Of a stretch of DNA of 64,000 nucleotides, positions 40,663-50,300 are shown piece after piece; the stretch's first letter is position 1; each line of letters begins with the position of its first letter. The position numbers and the translations under genes are program-made. The DNA comes from Candidatus Limiplasma sp. GTDB taxonomy: Bacteria; Bacillota; Clostridia; Christensenellales; Aristaeellaceae. Location of the stretch: positions 1,064,717 through 1,128,716 of the forward strand of contig OY782679.1 of NCBI GenBank assembly GCA_963678055.1. Direction: 5' to 3'. The notes beneath the pieces were generated by a model. That model did no database searches, was not told the DNA's origin, and was given only the letters and a program-made list of their open reading frames with translations.

Positions 40663-41004
40663 CTATTCTGCAAATCCTACAAGAATATCGTCGCCTTCCA
40701 GTTTCACCGGATAGGCATTCGCATCCGACACCTTTAGATGGAAGAATGCGATCTGCCCCTGTTTGATGACCGCGCCGGTCTTTGCATTGAACACGGTTTT
40801 ATGCCGGGGACAGGTGATGGTTTCACCGCTAAGAACGCCATCGTACAGAGAACCGCCCATGTGGGGACAGCGATTGTTGATGGCGTGATAATCGCCACCG
40901 ATATTTGTAATCAGCACTGTCGTATTGTCCACGGTCGCTTTCAGCTTTCCTCCTGCGGGAATCTGGTCTTTCGTAGCAACTTTCACATAGCGCACGGCAA
41001 ACAT
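40663..41004 (-). CDS. Rieske [2Fe-2S] domain protein (small ferredoxin-like)
   Basis: 113 aa with the CPHMGGSL...CPRHKTVF cluster ligand motifs. The SD abuts the ATG, so the true start may be the GTG three codons downstream. Confidence 0.75.
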   Translation of the reverse strand: MFAVRYVKVATKDQIPAGGKLKATVDNTTVLITNIGGDYHAINNRCPHMGGSLYDGVLSGETITCPRHKTVFNAKTGAVIKQGQIAFFHLKVSDANAYPVKLEGDDILVGFAE

Positions 41005-41121
41005 CCTTTCTATTCAGCTAAAGTGTCAGAGAGACAAGGGGAAGGAGAGGACTTTCTTCTAATGCCATTGTACACAGCCGGGCCGGCGGTGTAAACAAGG
41101 GGATTTGCAATAGGGCTGTTG

Positions 41122-41158
41122 CAAAACAAAAGCGGTGGAACACTGAGTGTTCCACCAC
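41122..41158 (-). terminator. Rho-independent terminator of glmS
   Basis: Reverse strand reads GTGGTGGAACA-ctca-GTGTTCCACCGC followed by TTTTGTTTT. Confidence 0.8.
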
Positions 41159-41178
41159 TAGTAATGGATAGGGTTCAT

Positions 41179-43014
41179 TTATTCCACGGTCACGCTCTTG
41201 GCAAGGTTGCGGGGTTTATCCACATCGCAGCCACGGGCAACAGCCATGCAGTAAGCAAACAACTGCAGTGGGATAATCGCCAGCAGTGGGGCGACAATAT
41301 CGTCACCCGCCGGAATGGTGATGATTCTATCAACTTCCGGAGCAACTTTGTCTTTCAGGTCTTCGCGGCAAATGGCCATCACCTGGGCATCGCGGGCTTT
41401 GATTTCCTTGATGTTGGACAATGACTTATCCAGAAGATCCGGCTGGGTAATGGCGGTGACCACCAGCCTGCCTTCTTCCAGCAGGGCGATGGGGCCGTGT
41501 TTCAGCTCGCCCGAGGCATAGGCCTCGGAAAAGATATAGCTGACTTCCTTGAGCTTTAAAGCCGCTTCCATAGACAGCGCATAATCAAGCCCGCGGCCTA
41601 CGAAGAACACATGGCCTTTCTGGCATTCTTCGCTTGCGATCTTGACGAGTTCTTCCTCGGTTTCCACGGCCAGCTCGGCCTTTTTCGGCAGGGCGGCGAT
41701 CTCGGCTTTCAGGGCTTTGATCTCATCCTGCGTCAGGGTGCCGCGCAGATCGGCAAGGGCCAGCGCAATTAAAAGCAGCGTCTCCACCTGGGTGGAATAG
41801 GCTTTGGTGCTGGCAACGGCGATTTCCGGCCCGGCATAGGTGAACAGCGTGTTTTCGTCTCCCGCTTCGCGCGCGATGGTGGAGCCGACCACATTACAAA
41901 TCACAAGTGTTTTCGCGCCCTGACGCTTGGCTTCACGCATTGCGGCCAGGGTATCGGCGGTTTCACCGCTCTGGGAGATGGCGATGAAGATTTCGTCTTC
42001 CGCCAGCATCGGGCCCCGGTAGCGGTACTCGCTGGCGATATCCACTTCCACAGGTACGCGGGCGAGTTTTTCAATGGCGTATTTGCCGTACACACCGGCG
42101 TGGTAGGCTGTGCCGCAGGCAACGATGGTAATTTTCCGCAGCGCTTTGGCTTCCTCCGGCGTTACGGGCAGCCAGCTGTGGTCGTGCGGATCGGTCGCAT
42201 TGCGCGGGGAAAAGGTATTTTGCAGGGCGGTGGGCTGTTCGTGAATTTCTTTGAGCATGAAATGCGGGTAGCCGCTTTTTTCGGCGTTGCTCAAGTCCCA
42301 GGTCACATGGTACAGCTCGTGTGTAACCGCTTCGCCCGATTCGTTGACGACTTCGATGCCGCGTGCGCTTAACACGGCGACTTCTTTATCATCTAAAAAG
42401 ATTACGTCGCGGGTATGGCTGAGCATGGCGGGAATATCGCTGGCAATATAGCTTCTGCCATTTTCATGGCCGACAACCAGCGGGCTTTCGTTGCGGGTGC
42501 AAAACAGCTTATCGGGTTCCTGCTCGCTTACAACGCCCAGCGCAAAGCTGCCCTTGAGCAGCTTGATGGCCTTGAGCAGTGTTTGCTGCATGTCGCCGTC
42601 ATACAATGAGGACAAGAGATGCGCCACGACCTCCGTATCGGTTTGCGATACGAATACATAGCCCTTCTCGCTCAGTTCTTTGCGAAGCTGGGCATGGTTT
42701 TCGATAATCCCGTTATGGACAATTGCGATGGTTTGATCGGTATTGAAATGTGGGTGCGCGTTGACATCGTTGGGTTCGCCGTGCGTTGCCCAGCGCGTGT
42801 GGCCAATGCCAATATGCCCGTATAGGGGGCTTTTTTCCAGCAGAATGCCCAGGTTCTCCAGCCGTCCTTTGGTTTTGGAGACATAGAGCTTGCCGCTTTG
42901 GTTCAGCACTGCGACCCCGGCACTGTCGTAGCCGCGATAGCTTAGACGTTCCAGCCCGTCCATCAGGATAGGACAAGTCTCTTCATTGCCTATATAGCCA
43001 ACGATTCCGCACAT
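41179..43014 (-). CDS. glmS: Glutamine--fructose-6-phosphate aminotransferase
   Basis: 611 aa. MCGIVGYIGNEE (N-terminal nucleophile Cys), two SIS domains, and the C-terminus KPRNLAKSVTVE. Confidence 0.97.
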   Translation of the reverse strand: MCGIVGYIGNEETCPILMDGLERLSYRGYDSAGVAVLNQSGKLYVSKTKGRLENLGILLEKSPLYGHIGIGHTRWATHGEPNDVNAHPHFNTDQTIAIVHNGIIENHAQLRKELSEKGYVFVSQTDTEVVAHLLSSLYDGDMQQTLLKAIKLLKGSFALGVVSEQEPDKLFCTRNESPLVVGHENGRSYIASDIPAMLSHTRDVIFLDDKEVAVLSARGIEVVNESGEAVTHELYHVTWDLSNAEKSGYPHFMLKEIHEQPTALQNTFSPRNATDPHDHSWLPVTPEEAKALRKITIVACGTAYHAGVYGKYAIEKLARVPVEVDIASEYRYRGPMLAEDEIFIAISQSGETADTLAAMREAKRQGAKTLVICNVVGSTIAREAGDENTLFTYAGPEIAVASTKAYSTQVETLLLIALALADLRGTLTQDEIKALKAEIAALPKKAELAVETEEELVKIASEECQKGHVFFVGRGLDYALSMEAALKLKEVSYIFSEAYASGELKHGPIALLEEGRLVVTAITQPDLLDKSLSNIKEIKARDAQVMAICREDLKDKVAPEVDRIITIPAGDDIVAPLLAIIPLQLFAYCMAVARGCDVDKPRNLAKSVTVE

Positions 43015-43111
43015 AATAGTACCTCCGAATGTAGATTTCGGTTACATTGTATTATAATGTATTATAAATTGCAAGACAAATTTATAATCCGGAGATTCCG
43101 CCCCGGTCGGG

Positions 43112-44470
43112 TCAGCTTTTGTCCTTGTCGTTATCCTTTTCGTCTTCCGGCGGAGCGGGTGGAATTTTCGAGACCAACGCAGACTCTAGCCTGTGATCAA
43201 TAATAGTTTCCGCTTTGATGTGAAGGCCGTAAATGTCCACCTCGGGGGTGGAGCCGTCCTTAGGAATGGTATTAAAGCAGGAGAACACCATGCCGCCCAG
43301 CGTATCGTACTCCTCGTCCAGCGGGAGCTCGATTTCCAGTGCATCGGCCAGCGTTTCCAGCTCTATGCTGCCGTCGCAGCGCCAGAGATTGTCGCCAATG
43401 GAGACGATTTCATTTTCTTCGGCGGGGTCAAATTCGTCGTAAATGTTGCCGACGATCTCCTCAATCAGGTCTTCCATGGTGACAATGCCGCTCATGCCGC
43501 CGTACTCGTCCACAACGATGGCCATATGCACCTTCTGCTTTTGCATGTTGCGGAACAATACATCGGCGGGTACCGTTTCCGGCACCAGGTAGGCGGGGCG
43601 CAGCAGCTCGCGCAGGGTTTTTCTGGGCTCGTCCTGTGCGTTCAGCAGGAAATCGCGCGTGTTGAGTATGCCGGTAATATCGTCGATATCCTCATCATAC
43701 ACGGGGAAGCGGCTTAAGCCGGAGTCCCGGATGGTTTGGAGGATTTCTGCGTTTGTGTCATCCACATGAATGGCAACCACGTCCATACGGTGCACCATCA
43801 CATATTCAGCGGTGATGTTGTTGAACTCGAAGATGTTTTCAATCATCTCGCGCTCGTCTTCCTGTATGGTGCCGCGCTCGCTGCTGATATCCACCATCAG
43901 GCGGATTTCCTCTTCGGTTACAGCAGCTTTTGCCGCGTGAGGGTCAATGCGCATCAGTCGGAGCAGGCCATTGGTGGATATGCTTAGCAGCCACACGATG
44001 GGTTTAAAGAGAACCTGCACAACAATAATGATGCGGCTTGACATGCGTGCAACTTTTTCGGGGTTTTGCATGGCGATACGCTTGGGTGTCAACTCGCCCA
44101 GTACCAGGGTGAAATAGCTTAGGATGATGGTAACCATAATCATGGAAACGGTGGACAGTGCTTGTTCTGATAACAGGGTAAACCCGCTGGCGAGCATCGA
44201 CTGCGTAATGCGGCTTGCGATATTGCTGGCTGCAAATGCACTTGCTAAAAATCCGCCCAGCGTAATGGCGACCTGTATGGTGGACAGGAAGTCACTGGGG
44301 GATTCAGCCAGCCGAAGCATCATTGCGGCTTTTTTGTCGCCTTCTTCAGCTTGTTTACGAACTTTGTTTTCGTTAATTGAAATAACGGCGATCTCGGTTG
44401 CAGCGAAGAACGCGTTGATCAGGATCAGAACGAACTGCAGCAGTAGATGACTGCCTATAGGGTCGTCCAA
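43112..44470 (-). CDS. CNNM/CorC/TlyC family protein (DUF21 membrane domain + CBS pair + CorC_HlyC domain)
   Basis: 452 aa. The N-terminal TM domain reads LQFVLILINAFFAATEIAVIS. A CBS pair region follows, then the C-terminal transporter-associated domain. Confidence 0.8.
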   Translation of the reverse strand: MDDPIGSHLLLQFVLILINAFFAATEIAVISINENKVRKQAEEGDKKAAMMLRLAESPSDFLSTIQVAITLGGFLASAFAASNIASRITQSMLASGFTLLSEQALSTVSMIMVTIILSYFTLVLGELTPKRIAMQNPEKVARMSSRIIIVVQVLFKPIVWLLSISTNGLLRLMRIDPHAAKAAVTEEEIRLMVDISSERGTIQEDEREMIENIFEFNNITAEYVMVHRMDVVAIHVDDTNAEILQTIRDSGLSRFPVYDEDIDDITGILNTRDFLLNAQDEPRKTLRELLRPAYLVPETVPADVLFRNMQKQKVHMAIVVDEYGGMSGIVTMEDLIEEIVGNIYDEFDPAEENEIVSIGDNLWRCDGSIELETLADALEIELPLDEEYDTLGGMVFSCFNTIPKDGSTPEVDIYGLHIKAETIIDHRLESALVSKIPPAPPEDEKDNDKDKS

Positions 44471-44555
44471 GGATTAGCCCTCCTTCGGTGAATACGCAAT
44501 ATGGTCTTGGTCGCGATACGCTATTATACCACAGGTACGGGCTTCCGTGCTATAG

Positions 44556-44585
44556 AAAAAGCCATCCACTTTATGGAAGGCTTTT
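44556..44585 (-). terminator. Probable terminator after phoR
   Basis: AAAAGCCATCC-actttat-GGAAGGCTTTT, a 7-bp stem with one mismatch and A/T runs on both sides. Confidence 0.5.
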
Positions 44586-44594
44586 CCATAGGGT

Positions 44595-46241
44595 TTAAGC
44601 CGTGGTTAGCGGGAAGTGCACGGTGATCTCGGTTCCCTGATCTGGCGCGCTTTTCAGGCTGATCGATGCATCGTGCAGCTGCGCGCCGTTTTTTACAATT
44701 GACAGGCCCAGACCCGTGCCGCCGGTCTCCTTGGAGCGGCTGGAATCCACGCGGTAGAAGCGCTCAAACACTCGGTGATGGTGCTCTGGCGGGATACCCA
44801 AACCGGAATCCTTTACCGTGATAAACGGCCGGTCGTCCGCCTCGCCAACGAGCACATCCACATCGCCGCCCTTTTTGTTGTATTTGATGGCGTTGTCGAT
44901 GAGGTTGATCGTCATTTCCTCAAGCAATGTGCGGTCGCCCATGACGATGGTCTGTGTGCCGTTTACAGTAACGGTAACATCCTGTTTTTCTGCATACTCC
45001 TTGAGTTTGGATGCGCAGGCTTGCGCCAGCATGAATAGCTCCACAGGAGTTTTTTGCTTGGTGATTCCTTCATCAAGCTTGGAAAGCCGGAGAATGTCTT
45101 CCACCAGCGATAACAGCCGCAGGCTTTCCTGGTGAATTTTCTTGCCCAGGGTTGCGGTGTCCTCCGGTTTGGCAAATCCCGTTTCCAACAGTTCCGCATA
45201 GCCGGAAATGGTGGTCAGGGGCGTACGCAGCTCGTGGCTGACATTGGCGGTAAACTGTTTGCGGTTTTGCTCGGCGGTCTGTGCATTGGTAATGTCCTGC
45301 AAAAGCAGTACGATGCCGACTTCGCCTTCGGAGGGGCTGGACGATACATGATAGGTGCGTCCGCCCATCTGCATTTCGCCGCTGCCGCCGTTGTTGGACA
45401 GGATGCGCATCAGGGTTTCGTGGCGGCTGATTTCCAGCAGCGGTTTTTTCAGCAGATCGCCGTTACCGGCGTTTAAAATCTGCCGGGCGGCGGGATTGAT
45501 TACGAGGATACGGTTGCCTTCGCCCAGCACAATCAGCCCTTCGCGCAGGTCGCGCAGCATGGAGGCGACTTCCGTTTGATGCCGTTTCTGTTCGCGGATT
45601 TGCTCGGCAATGCGCCTGTTTTGTGCATCCATACGCCGCAGCATGGGGGAGAACTCCTCATACGCGTCGGATTGCAGGGGATCGTCCAGGTTAATCTGAT
45701 CCAGCGGCCCGATCAGCGAGGTGGTGATGGGCTTGGCCAGCTGATAGGCAAGAAGGGTGGAGATAACAAAGCCCAGCGCGATCCACCCGATCATCCCGCG
45801 GATGGTGACCCATACGCTTTTTAGCGTACCGGCTACCCGCAGTACATAGGTATCGTTCAGTTTTTCAGCATAATACACGCTGGTTTCGCCAATTGTCGCC
45901 GATGAACGGCTGGCACTGCCACTGCCGCTGTCAAAAGCGTCGATTACCTCAGCGCGGCTTGCGTGGTTTTCCATCTGCGCGGAATCGGCCTCATTGTCAA
46001 ACCATACGGTGCCGTCCCTGTCAATCAAGGTGACGCGGTTGACGAATATCCCCTTGCGCAGATAAGCCGCTGGGTCGGGTTGATCTTGCAGCATAGCGGA
46101 AAGCGTATCGGCTTCCTGCCGCAGCTGGGATTGCAGCTGGCTGCTAAAGTACATATACATGCCGCCGATTAACAGTATCGACAGCAACAGCGATATGAGC
46201 ATGGAAAACAGGACCAGACTTCGAAACAGCTTTCTCCTCAC
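44595..46241 (-). CDS. phoR: PhoR-type sensor histidine kinase
   Basis: 548 aa. Two TM segments, a PAS-like region, the HisKA motif FTANVSHELRTPLTTISGY, and HATPase motifs (DNAIKYN, DSGLGIPPE, GGTGLGLSIV). It is the last gene of the pst-phoU operon. Confidence 0.8.
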   Translation of the reverse strand: MRRKLFRSLVLFSMLISLLLSILLIGGMYMYFSSQLQSQLRQEADTLSAMLQDQPDPAAYLRKGIFVNRVTLIDRDGTVWFDNEADSAQMENHASRAEVIDAFDSGSGSASRSSATIGETSVYYAEKLNDTYVLRVAGTLKSVWVTIRGMIGWIALGFVISTLLAYQLAKPITTSLIGPLDQINLDDPLQSDAYEEFSPMLRRMDAQNRRIAEQIREQKRHQTEVASMLRDLREGLIVLGEGNRILVINPAARQILNAGNGDLLKKPLLEISRHETLMRILSNNGGSGEMQMGGRTYHVSSSPSEGEVGIVLLLQDITNAQTAEQNRKQFTANVSHELRTPLTTISGYAELLETGFAKPEDTATLGKKIHQESLRLLSLVEDILRLSKLDEGITKQKTPVELFMLAQACASKLKEYAEKQDVTVTVNGTQTIVMGDRTLLEEMTINLIDNAIKYNKKGGDVDVLVGEADDRPFITVKDSGLGIPPEHHHRVFERFYRVDSSRSKETGGTGLGLSIVKNGAQLHDASISLKSAPDQGTEITVHFPLTTA

Positions 46242-46912
46242 GTTGTTTCCTCCAGCTTATAGCCCACGCCGCGTACGGTGTGTATCATCTCGCCGCAGCG
46301 GCCGAGTTTCAGCCGCAGGGAACGGATGTGCACATCAACGGTACGCGTATCGCCGGCATAGTTCAGGCCCCATACATCGTCCAGCAGCAAATCGCGCGTT
46401 ACGGCTTTGCCGGCATGGGTCATCAGGAAGGACAGAAGCTCAAACTCCATATGGGTGAGCTCCACGGTTTGTTCATCGGCCAGCACCAAGTGGCGTTCCC
46501 GGTCCAGCGTCAAACAGCCGACGGTGACTACCGCTTCGGTTTTCACATCCTCGCTGCGGCGCAGCAGCGCTTTGACCCGCGCCAGCAGTTCCATTACGCC
46601 AAAAGGCTTGGACAGATAATCGTCCGCGCCTGCGTCCAGACCGCGTACCTTGTCCATCTCGGTGCCTTTGGCGGTCACCAGAATAATAGGAAGGCGCTTG
46701 GTTCTAGGTTCCCGGCGCAGGCTTTGCAGAAGCGAAACACCATCTTCGCCGGGTAGCATAACATCCAGCAAGACCAGCGAGGGTAGTTTCTGCTTGATTG
46801 CCGTGCGGAACGCCGCGGCGTTGGAAAAGCCTTCCACGGCAAAGCCTGCCTGTTTCAGCGCATAGAGTTCCAGCTCGCGAACGCCGATATCATCTTCAAC
46901 GATATAGATCAC
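46238..46912 (-). CDS. phoP: OmpR/PhoB-family response regulator
   Basis: 224 aa. The receiver domain reads MIYIVEDD...LVLLDVMLPGEDG...LTAKG. A winged-helix output domain follows. There are 4-nt overlaps with both neighbours. Confidence 0.8.
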   Translation of the reverse strand: MIYIVEDDIGVRELELYALKQAGFAVEGFSNAAAFRTAIKQKLPSLVLLDVMLPGEDGVSLLQSLRREPRTKRLPIILVTAKGTEMDKVRGLDAGADDYLSKPFGVMELLARVKALLRRSEDVKTEAVVTVGCLTLDRERHLVLADEQTVELTHMEFELLSFLMTHAGKAVTRDLLLDDVWGLNYAGDTRTVDVHIRSLRLKLGRCGEMIHTVRGVGYKLEETT

Positions 46913-47568
46913 CTGAGTTCGTCTCCTTTATACAGACCGGTCACACAGTACTCAACCCACTCGGCAATGTTCACCGCATGGTCGCCGATGCGCTCGTAGT
47001 ATTTGGCGATCATCAGAAAATCCATGCCCTCCACGCTGCGGCTGGCATCCTTGGCCATGTAGTTTGCAATCTCCTGTTTGACTTCCACAAACAGGTTGTC
47101 GACGATGTCGTCGTCATCCATCACCACACGGGCTAGCTCCACATCCTGGCGCACATACGCGTCCACCGCGCGGTGTACCATGTCAATCGCGGTGCGCGAC
47201 ATGGCTAAAAAATGCTCGGGACGCTGTTTGATCTCGTAATCGATCATGGTAATAATCTCGGAAATATCGGCCGCGTGATCGGCAATGCGTTCCATATCGG
47301 TAATCATTTTCAGTGCCGAGCTCACCACGCGCAAATCGTGGGCGACCGGCTGGCGCGTGAGCAGCATACGCAGGCAAAGGCTCTCAATTTCACGTTCCTT
47401 GCGGTCGATTACGGAGTCGCCTTCGATGATCTCCTCAGCCCGTACCTTATCCAAGCTCAATAACACTTCGCTGGCGGCTTCCAGCGTATTTTCAATCATG
47501 CCGCACATTTCGATCATCTGTTGGTTCAAGCCCTCGACCTGTGCGTCAAACAGATTCTTTCTCATCAT
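46909..47568 (-). CDS. phoU: Phosphate signalling complex protein PhoU
   Basis: 219 aa. A two-repeat helical protein with the E/DxxxD-type repeats ([24 protein letters not shown]). Confidence 0.9.
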   Translation of the reverse strand: MMRKNLFDAQVEGLNQQMIEMCGMIENTLEAASEVLLSLDKVRAEEIIEGDSVIDRKEREIESLCLRMLLTRQPVAHDLRVVSSALKMITDMERIADHAADISEIITMIDYEIKQRPEHFLAMSRTAIDMVHRAVDAYVRQDVELARVVMDDDDIVDNLFVEVKQEIANYMAKDASRSVEGMDFLMIAKYYERIGDHAVNIAEWVEYCVTGLYKGDELR

Positions 47569-48314
47569 CCGAACCTCCCTGTGATGTAATCTTCGGTTCT
47601 CTTATCGCGCGGCATGGAGAACAGGTTTTTGGTTTCGCCGGATTCGACCACCTCGCCAAGCAGGAAAAACGCCGTGGTATCGCTGATGCGAAGCGCCTGC
47701 TGCATGTTATGGGTTACGATGGCAATAGTGTATTTTTCTTTGAGCTCCACAGCCAGCTCTTCGATTTTTCCGGTGGAAATGGGGTCCAGTGCACTGGTGG
47801 GTTCATCCATCAATAGCACTTCGGGCTGCACGGCCAGCGCACGGGCGATGCAAAGGCGCTGCTGCTGCCCGCCGGATAAGCCCAGCGCGCTTTTTTGCAG
47901 GCGGTCCTTCAGCTCGTCCCAGATGGCCGCATCCCGCAAGGAACGTTCCACCACTTCGTCCAGCATGGCCTTGCGGCGCACGCCGTGGGTACGGGGGCCG
48001 TAGGCGATATTATCGTAAACGCTCATGGGAAAAGGGTTGGGTTTCTGAAAGACCATGCCCACGCGTTTGCGGAGTTTGTTCACGTCCATATCTCCGTAAA
48101 TATCTTCGCCGTCCAGCGTAACACTTCCTGTAATACGGCAGGTGGGGATCAGATCGTTCATGCGGTTGAGCGATTTCAGTAAGGTGGATTTTCCGCAGCC
48201 GGACGGGCCGATGAACGCTGTAATCTGATGTTCCGGAATCTGCAAATCCACAGATTTCAACGCTTGGAAATCATCATAAAACAGGTCGAGATTTTTGGTT
48301 TCAATTTTGTACAT
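47565..48314 (-). CDS. pstB: Phosphate ABC transporter ATP-binding protein
   Basis: 249 aa. Walker [10 protein letters not shown], signature LSGGQQQRL, Walker [12 protein letters not shown], and a PstB-typical N-terminus. Confidence 0.95.
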   Translation of the reverse strand: MYKIETKNLDLFYDDFQALKSVDLQIPEHQITAFIGPSGCGKSTLLKSLNRMNDLIPTCRITGSVTLDGEDIYGDMDVNKLRKRVGMVFQKPNPFPMSVYDNIAYGPRTHGVRRKAMLDEVVERSLRDAAIWDELKDRLQKSALGLSGGQQQRLCIARALAVQPEVLLMDEPTSALDPISTGKIEELAVELKEKYTIAIVTHNMQQALRISDTTAFFLLGEVVESGETKNLFSMPRDKRTEDYITGRFG

Positions 48315-48317
48315 AGT

Positions 48318-49223
48318 CTACTCCTTCACAATTCTGCGGGAAATCAGGCGCGAGATGCCGTTCATCAGCAATACAAACAGCAGCAGCACCGAAGCCGTGG
48401 CGTATGCCTTGCCGATGAAATGGCCTTCCCCGGCAAGCATGTACATGTGCACCGCCAGGGTGCTGCCGGACGACGATATGCCCGATGCGAGCTTCGCGAC
48501 CGTTCCGGCTGTAAAGATCAGCGCGGCGGTCTCGCCCACGATACGGCCGATGGACAGCACGATACCGGCCAGGATGCCCGGTGCGGCGGGCGGCAGCACG
48601 ATGCGAAACACTGTGCGAAGCTTACCCGCGCCCAGGCCGTAGCTGCCCTCGCGGTAGCTGACAGGCACGGATAAAAGCGCTTCTTCGGTGGTGCGCATGA
48701 TCAGCGGCAGTATCATCAAGCTCAGGGTTAAGGCACCGGCGATCAGCGACATGCCAAGCCCTAGGGCGATAACGAAGAACACCATGCCAAACAGGCCGTA
48801 GATAATGCTGGGTATACCCGCCAGGGTTTCGGCGGTGACGCGGATGGTTTTCACAATCACACTGTTGCGCTTGGAGTACTCGCTGAGGAATATCGCCGCC
48901 CCGATGCCGACCGGCACGGCGAGAAACAACGACATAAACGTGATGATAAAGGTATTGATCAGCGACGGCATCAAGCTTTGGTTGTTGGTATTATATTGGA
49001 AAGAGAACAAATCCCACGACAGATTAGGTATACCCTGCGCCAGAATGCTGATGGTGACCTGTAAAAACAGGAATATGGTCAGCAGGGTGCACAGGATGGT
49101 CACAAGCCGGATCATCGCAGAAAAAGGATGTCGCCGAATGCGTAGTTTCCACTGTCTGAACTTCAGGGAAAAGCGCTCTTTGAAGGGCATGTTTTTTGGC
49201 GTTGCGGGGTTGTGGCTACTCAT
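48318..49223 (-). CDS. pstA: Phosphate ABC transporter permease PstA
   Basis: 301 aa. A polytopic permease with an EAA-type loop (EEALLSVPVSYREGSYGLGAGKL). It is the second permease gene of the operon. Confidence 0.88.
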   Translation of the reverse strand: MSSHNPATPKNMPFKERFSLKFRQWKLRIRRHPFSAMIRLVTILCTLLTIFLFLQVTISILAQGIPNLSWDLFSFQYNTNNQSLMPSLINTFIITFMSLFLAVPVGIGAAIFLSEYSKRNSVIVKTIRVTAETLAGIPSIIYGLFGMVFFVIALGLGMSLIAGALTLSLMILPLIMRTTEEALLSVPVSYREGSYGLGAGKLRTVFRIVLPPAAPGILAGIVLSIGRIVGETAALIFTAGTVAKLASGISSSGSTLAVHMYMLAGEGHFIGKAYATASVLLLFVLLMNGISRLISRRIVKE

Positions 49224-50068
49224 GATTCCACCCTCCTATTCAAAACCGAGAAGATCAGGTTGATCAATAAGATGAACACAAACAACACCACGCCGGTGGC
49301 AATCAGCGCTTCGCGGTGTAAGTCGGCAGCGTAGCCCATCTCGGTGACGATGTTGGTTGTCAGCGTGCGAATGCCTTTTAGGATACCGGCGGGCATTCTG
49401 GCCTGGTTGCCAGCGACCATCACAACAGCCATCGTCTCGCCGATGGCGCGGCCGATGCCAAGTACCAGCGCAGCCATAATGCCGCTTTTGGCCGCCGGCA
49501 GCACCGCGCGGAACACGCTGCGCTCCTCGGAGGTGCCAAGTGCCAGGCTTCCTTCATAATAGGATTCCGGAACCGCTTTGACCGATGAATAGGTCAGCTG
49601 AATGATGGTCGGCAGGATCATCATCGCAAGCAATAGCGAAGCTGCCAGTATGCTGAACCCCGTACCGCCGAAGGTGGTGCGCACAAACGGTACCAGCACA
49701 CGAATGCCGAAGAACCCGTATACGACCGACGGGATACCCGCCATCAGCGCGATCATCGGCTGGAGTACCTTTAGAAACGAATCGGGGCAAAACCTTGCCA
49801 TGTATACACCGCCCAGCACTCCGATGGGGCCGCCAAGCAGTATGGCACCGGCTGTTACGTAGATACTGCCGACGATCATCGGCAGTATGCCGAATATGTC
49901 CTGCAGCGGTTTCCACGTTGTACCGGTCAGAAAATCCAGAATATTGACCTTTCCAAAGAAAGGAACACCGGTTAGAAACAGATACACGCAGATAAGCAAC
50001 ACAGCGGCCACGCTCACACAGGCCGCTGCCATGAATACCCAGCGCATCGCTTTCTCGTTTAGTTTCAT
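49220..50068 (-). CDS. pstC: Phosphate ABC transporter permease PstC
   Basis: 282 aa. The first gene of the operon, with the EAA-type loop VPESYYEGSLALGTSE. Confidence 0.88.
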   Translation of the reverse strand: MKLNEKAMRWVFMAAACVSVAAVLLICVYLFLTGVPFFGKVNILDFLTGTTWKPLQDIFGILPMIVGSIYVTAGAILLGGPIGVLGGVYMARFCPDSFLKVLQPMIALMAGIPSVVYGFFGIRVLVPFVRTTFGGTGFSILAASLLLAMMILPTIIQLTYSSVKAVPESYYEGSLALGTSEERSVFRAVLPAAKSGIMAALVLGIGRAIGETMAVVMVAGNQARMPAGILKGIRTLTTNIVTEMGYAADLHREALIATGVVLFVFILLINLIFSVLNRRVES

Positions 50069-50201
50069 TCCATCTACCCTTTCAAACCCTCATTACAATT
50101 ATACAAATGTAAGAATAGTATTAGGATGTTATGGGTAAGTACGGCCAATGTAAAATCCGTGTTAAACTCGCTATTTTGCCTGCCTGTGTGCCCAGGGCGA
50201 T

Positions 50202-50255
50202 TTTACATAAGCTTTACGCTCATTGCATTGGCGTTTAACATTGCCGCCTTACAAT
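50202..50255 (+). promoter_or_regulatory. Candidate Pho boxes plus -10 element of pstS
   Basis: Direct repeats occur at 11-bp phase: TTTACA (50202), TTTACG (50213), TTGCAT (50223) and TTAACA (50235). TACAAT follows at 50250-50255. There is no canonical -35, as is usual for PhoP/PhoB-activated promoters. Confidence 0.55.
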
Positions 50256-50300
50256 GACAGCGTAAACCACAAGGATTGAGTTTTGAAAGGAAATGAAAAC

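Noticed and set aside
43015-43111. A search for a glmS ribozyme upstream of glmS.
   Set aside because: Only about 97 nt separate glmS from the upstream gene's stop. That stretch is AT-rich promoter-like sequence (TTGTCT-17-TATAAT on the reverse strand) and lacks the conserved ribozyme core, so it is too short for the element.
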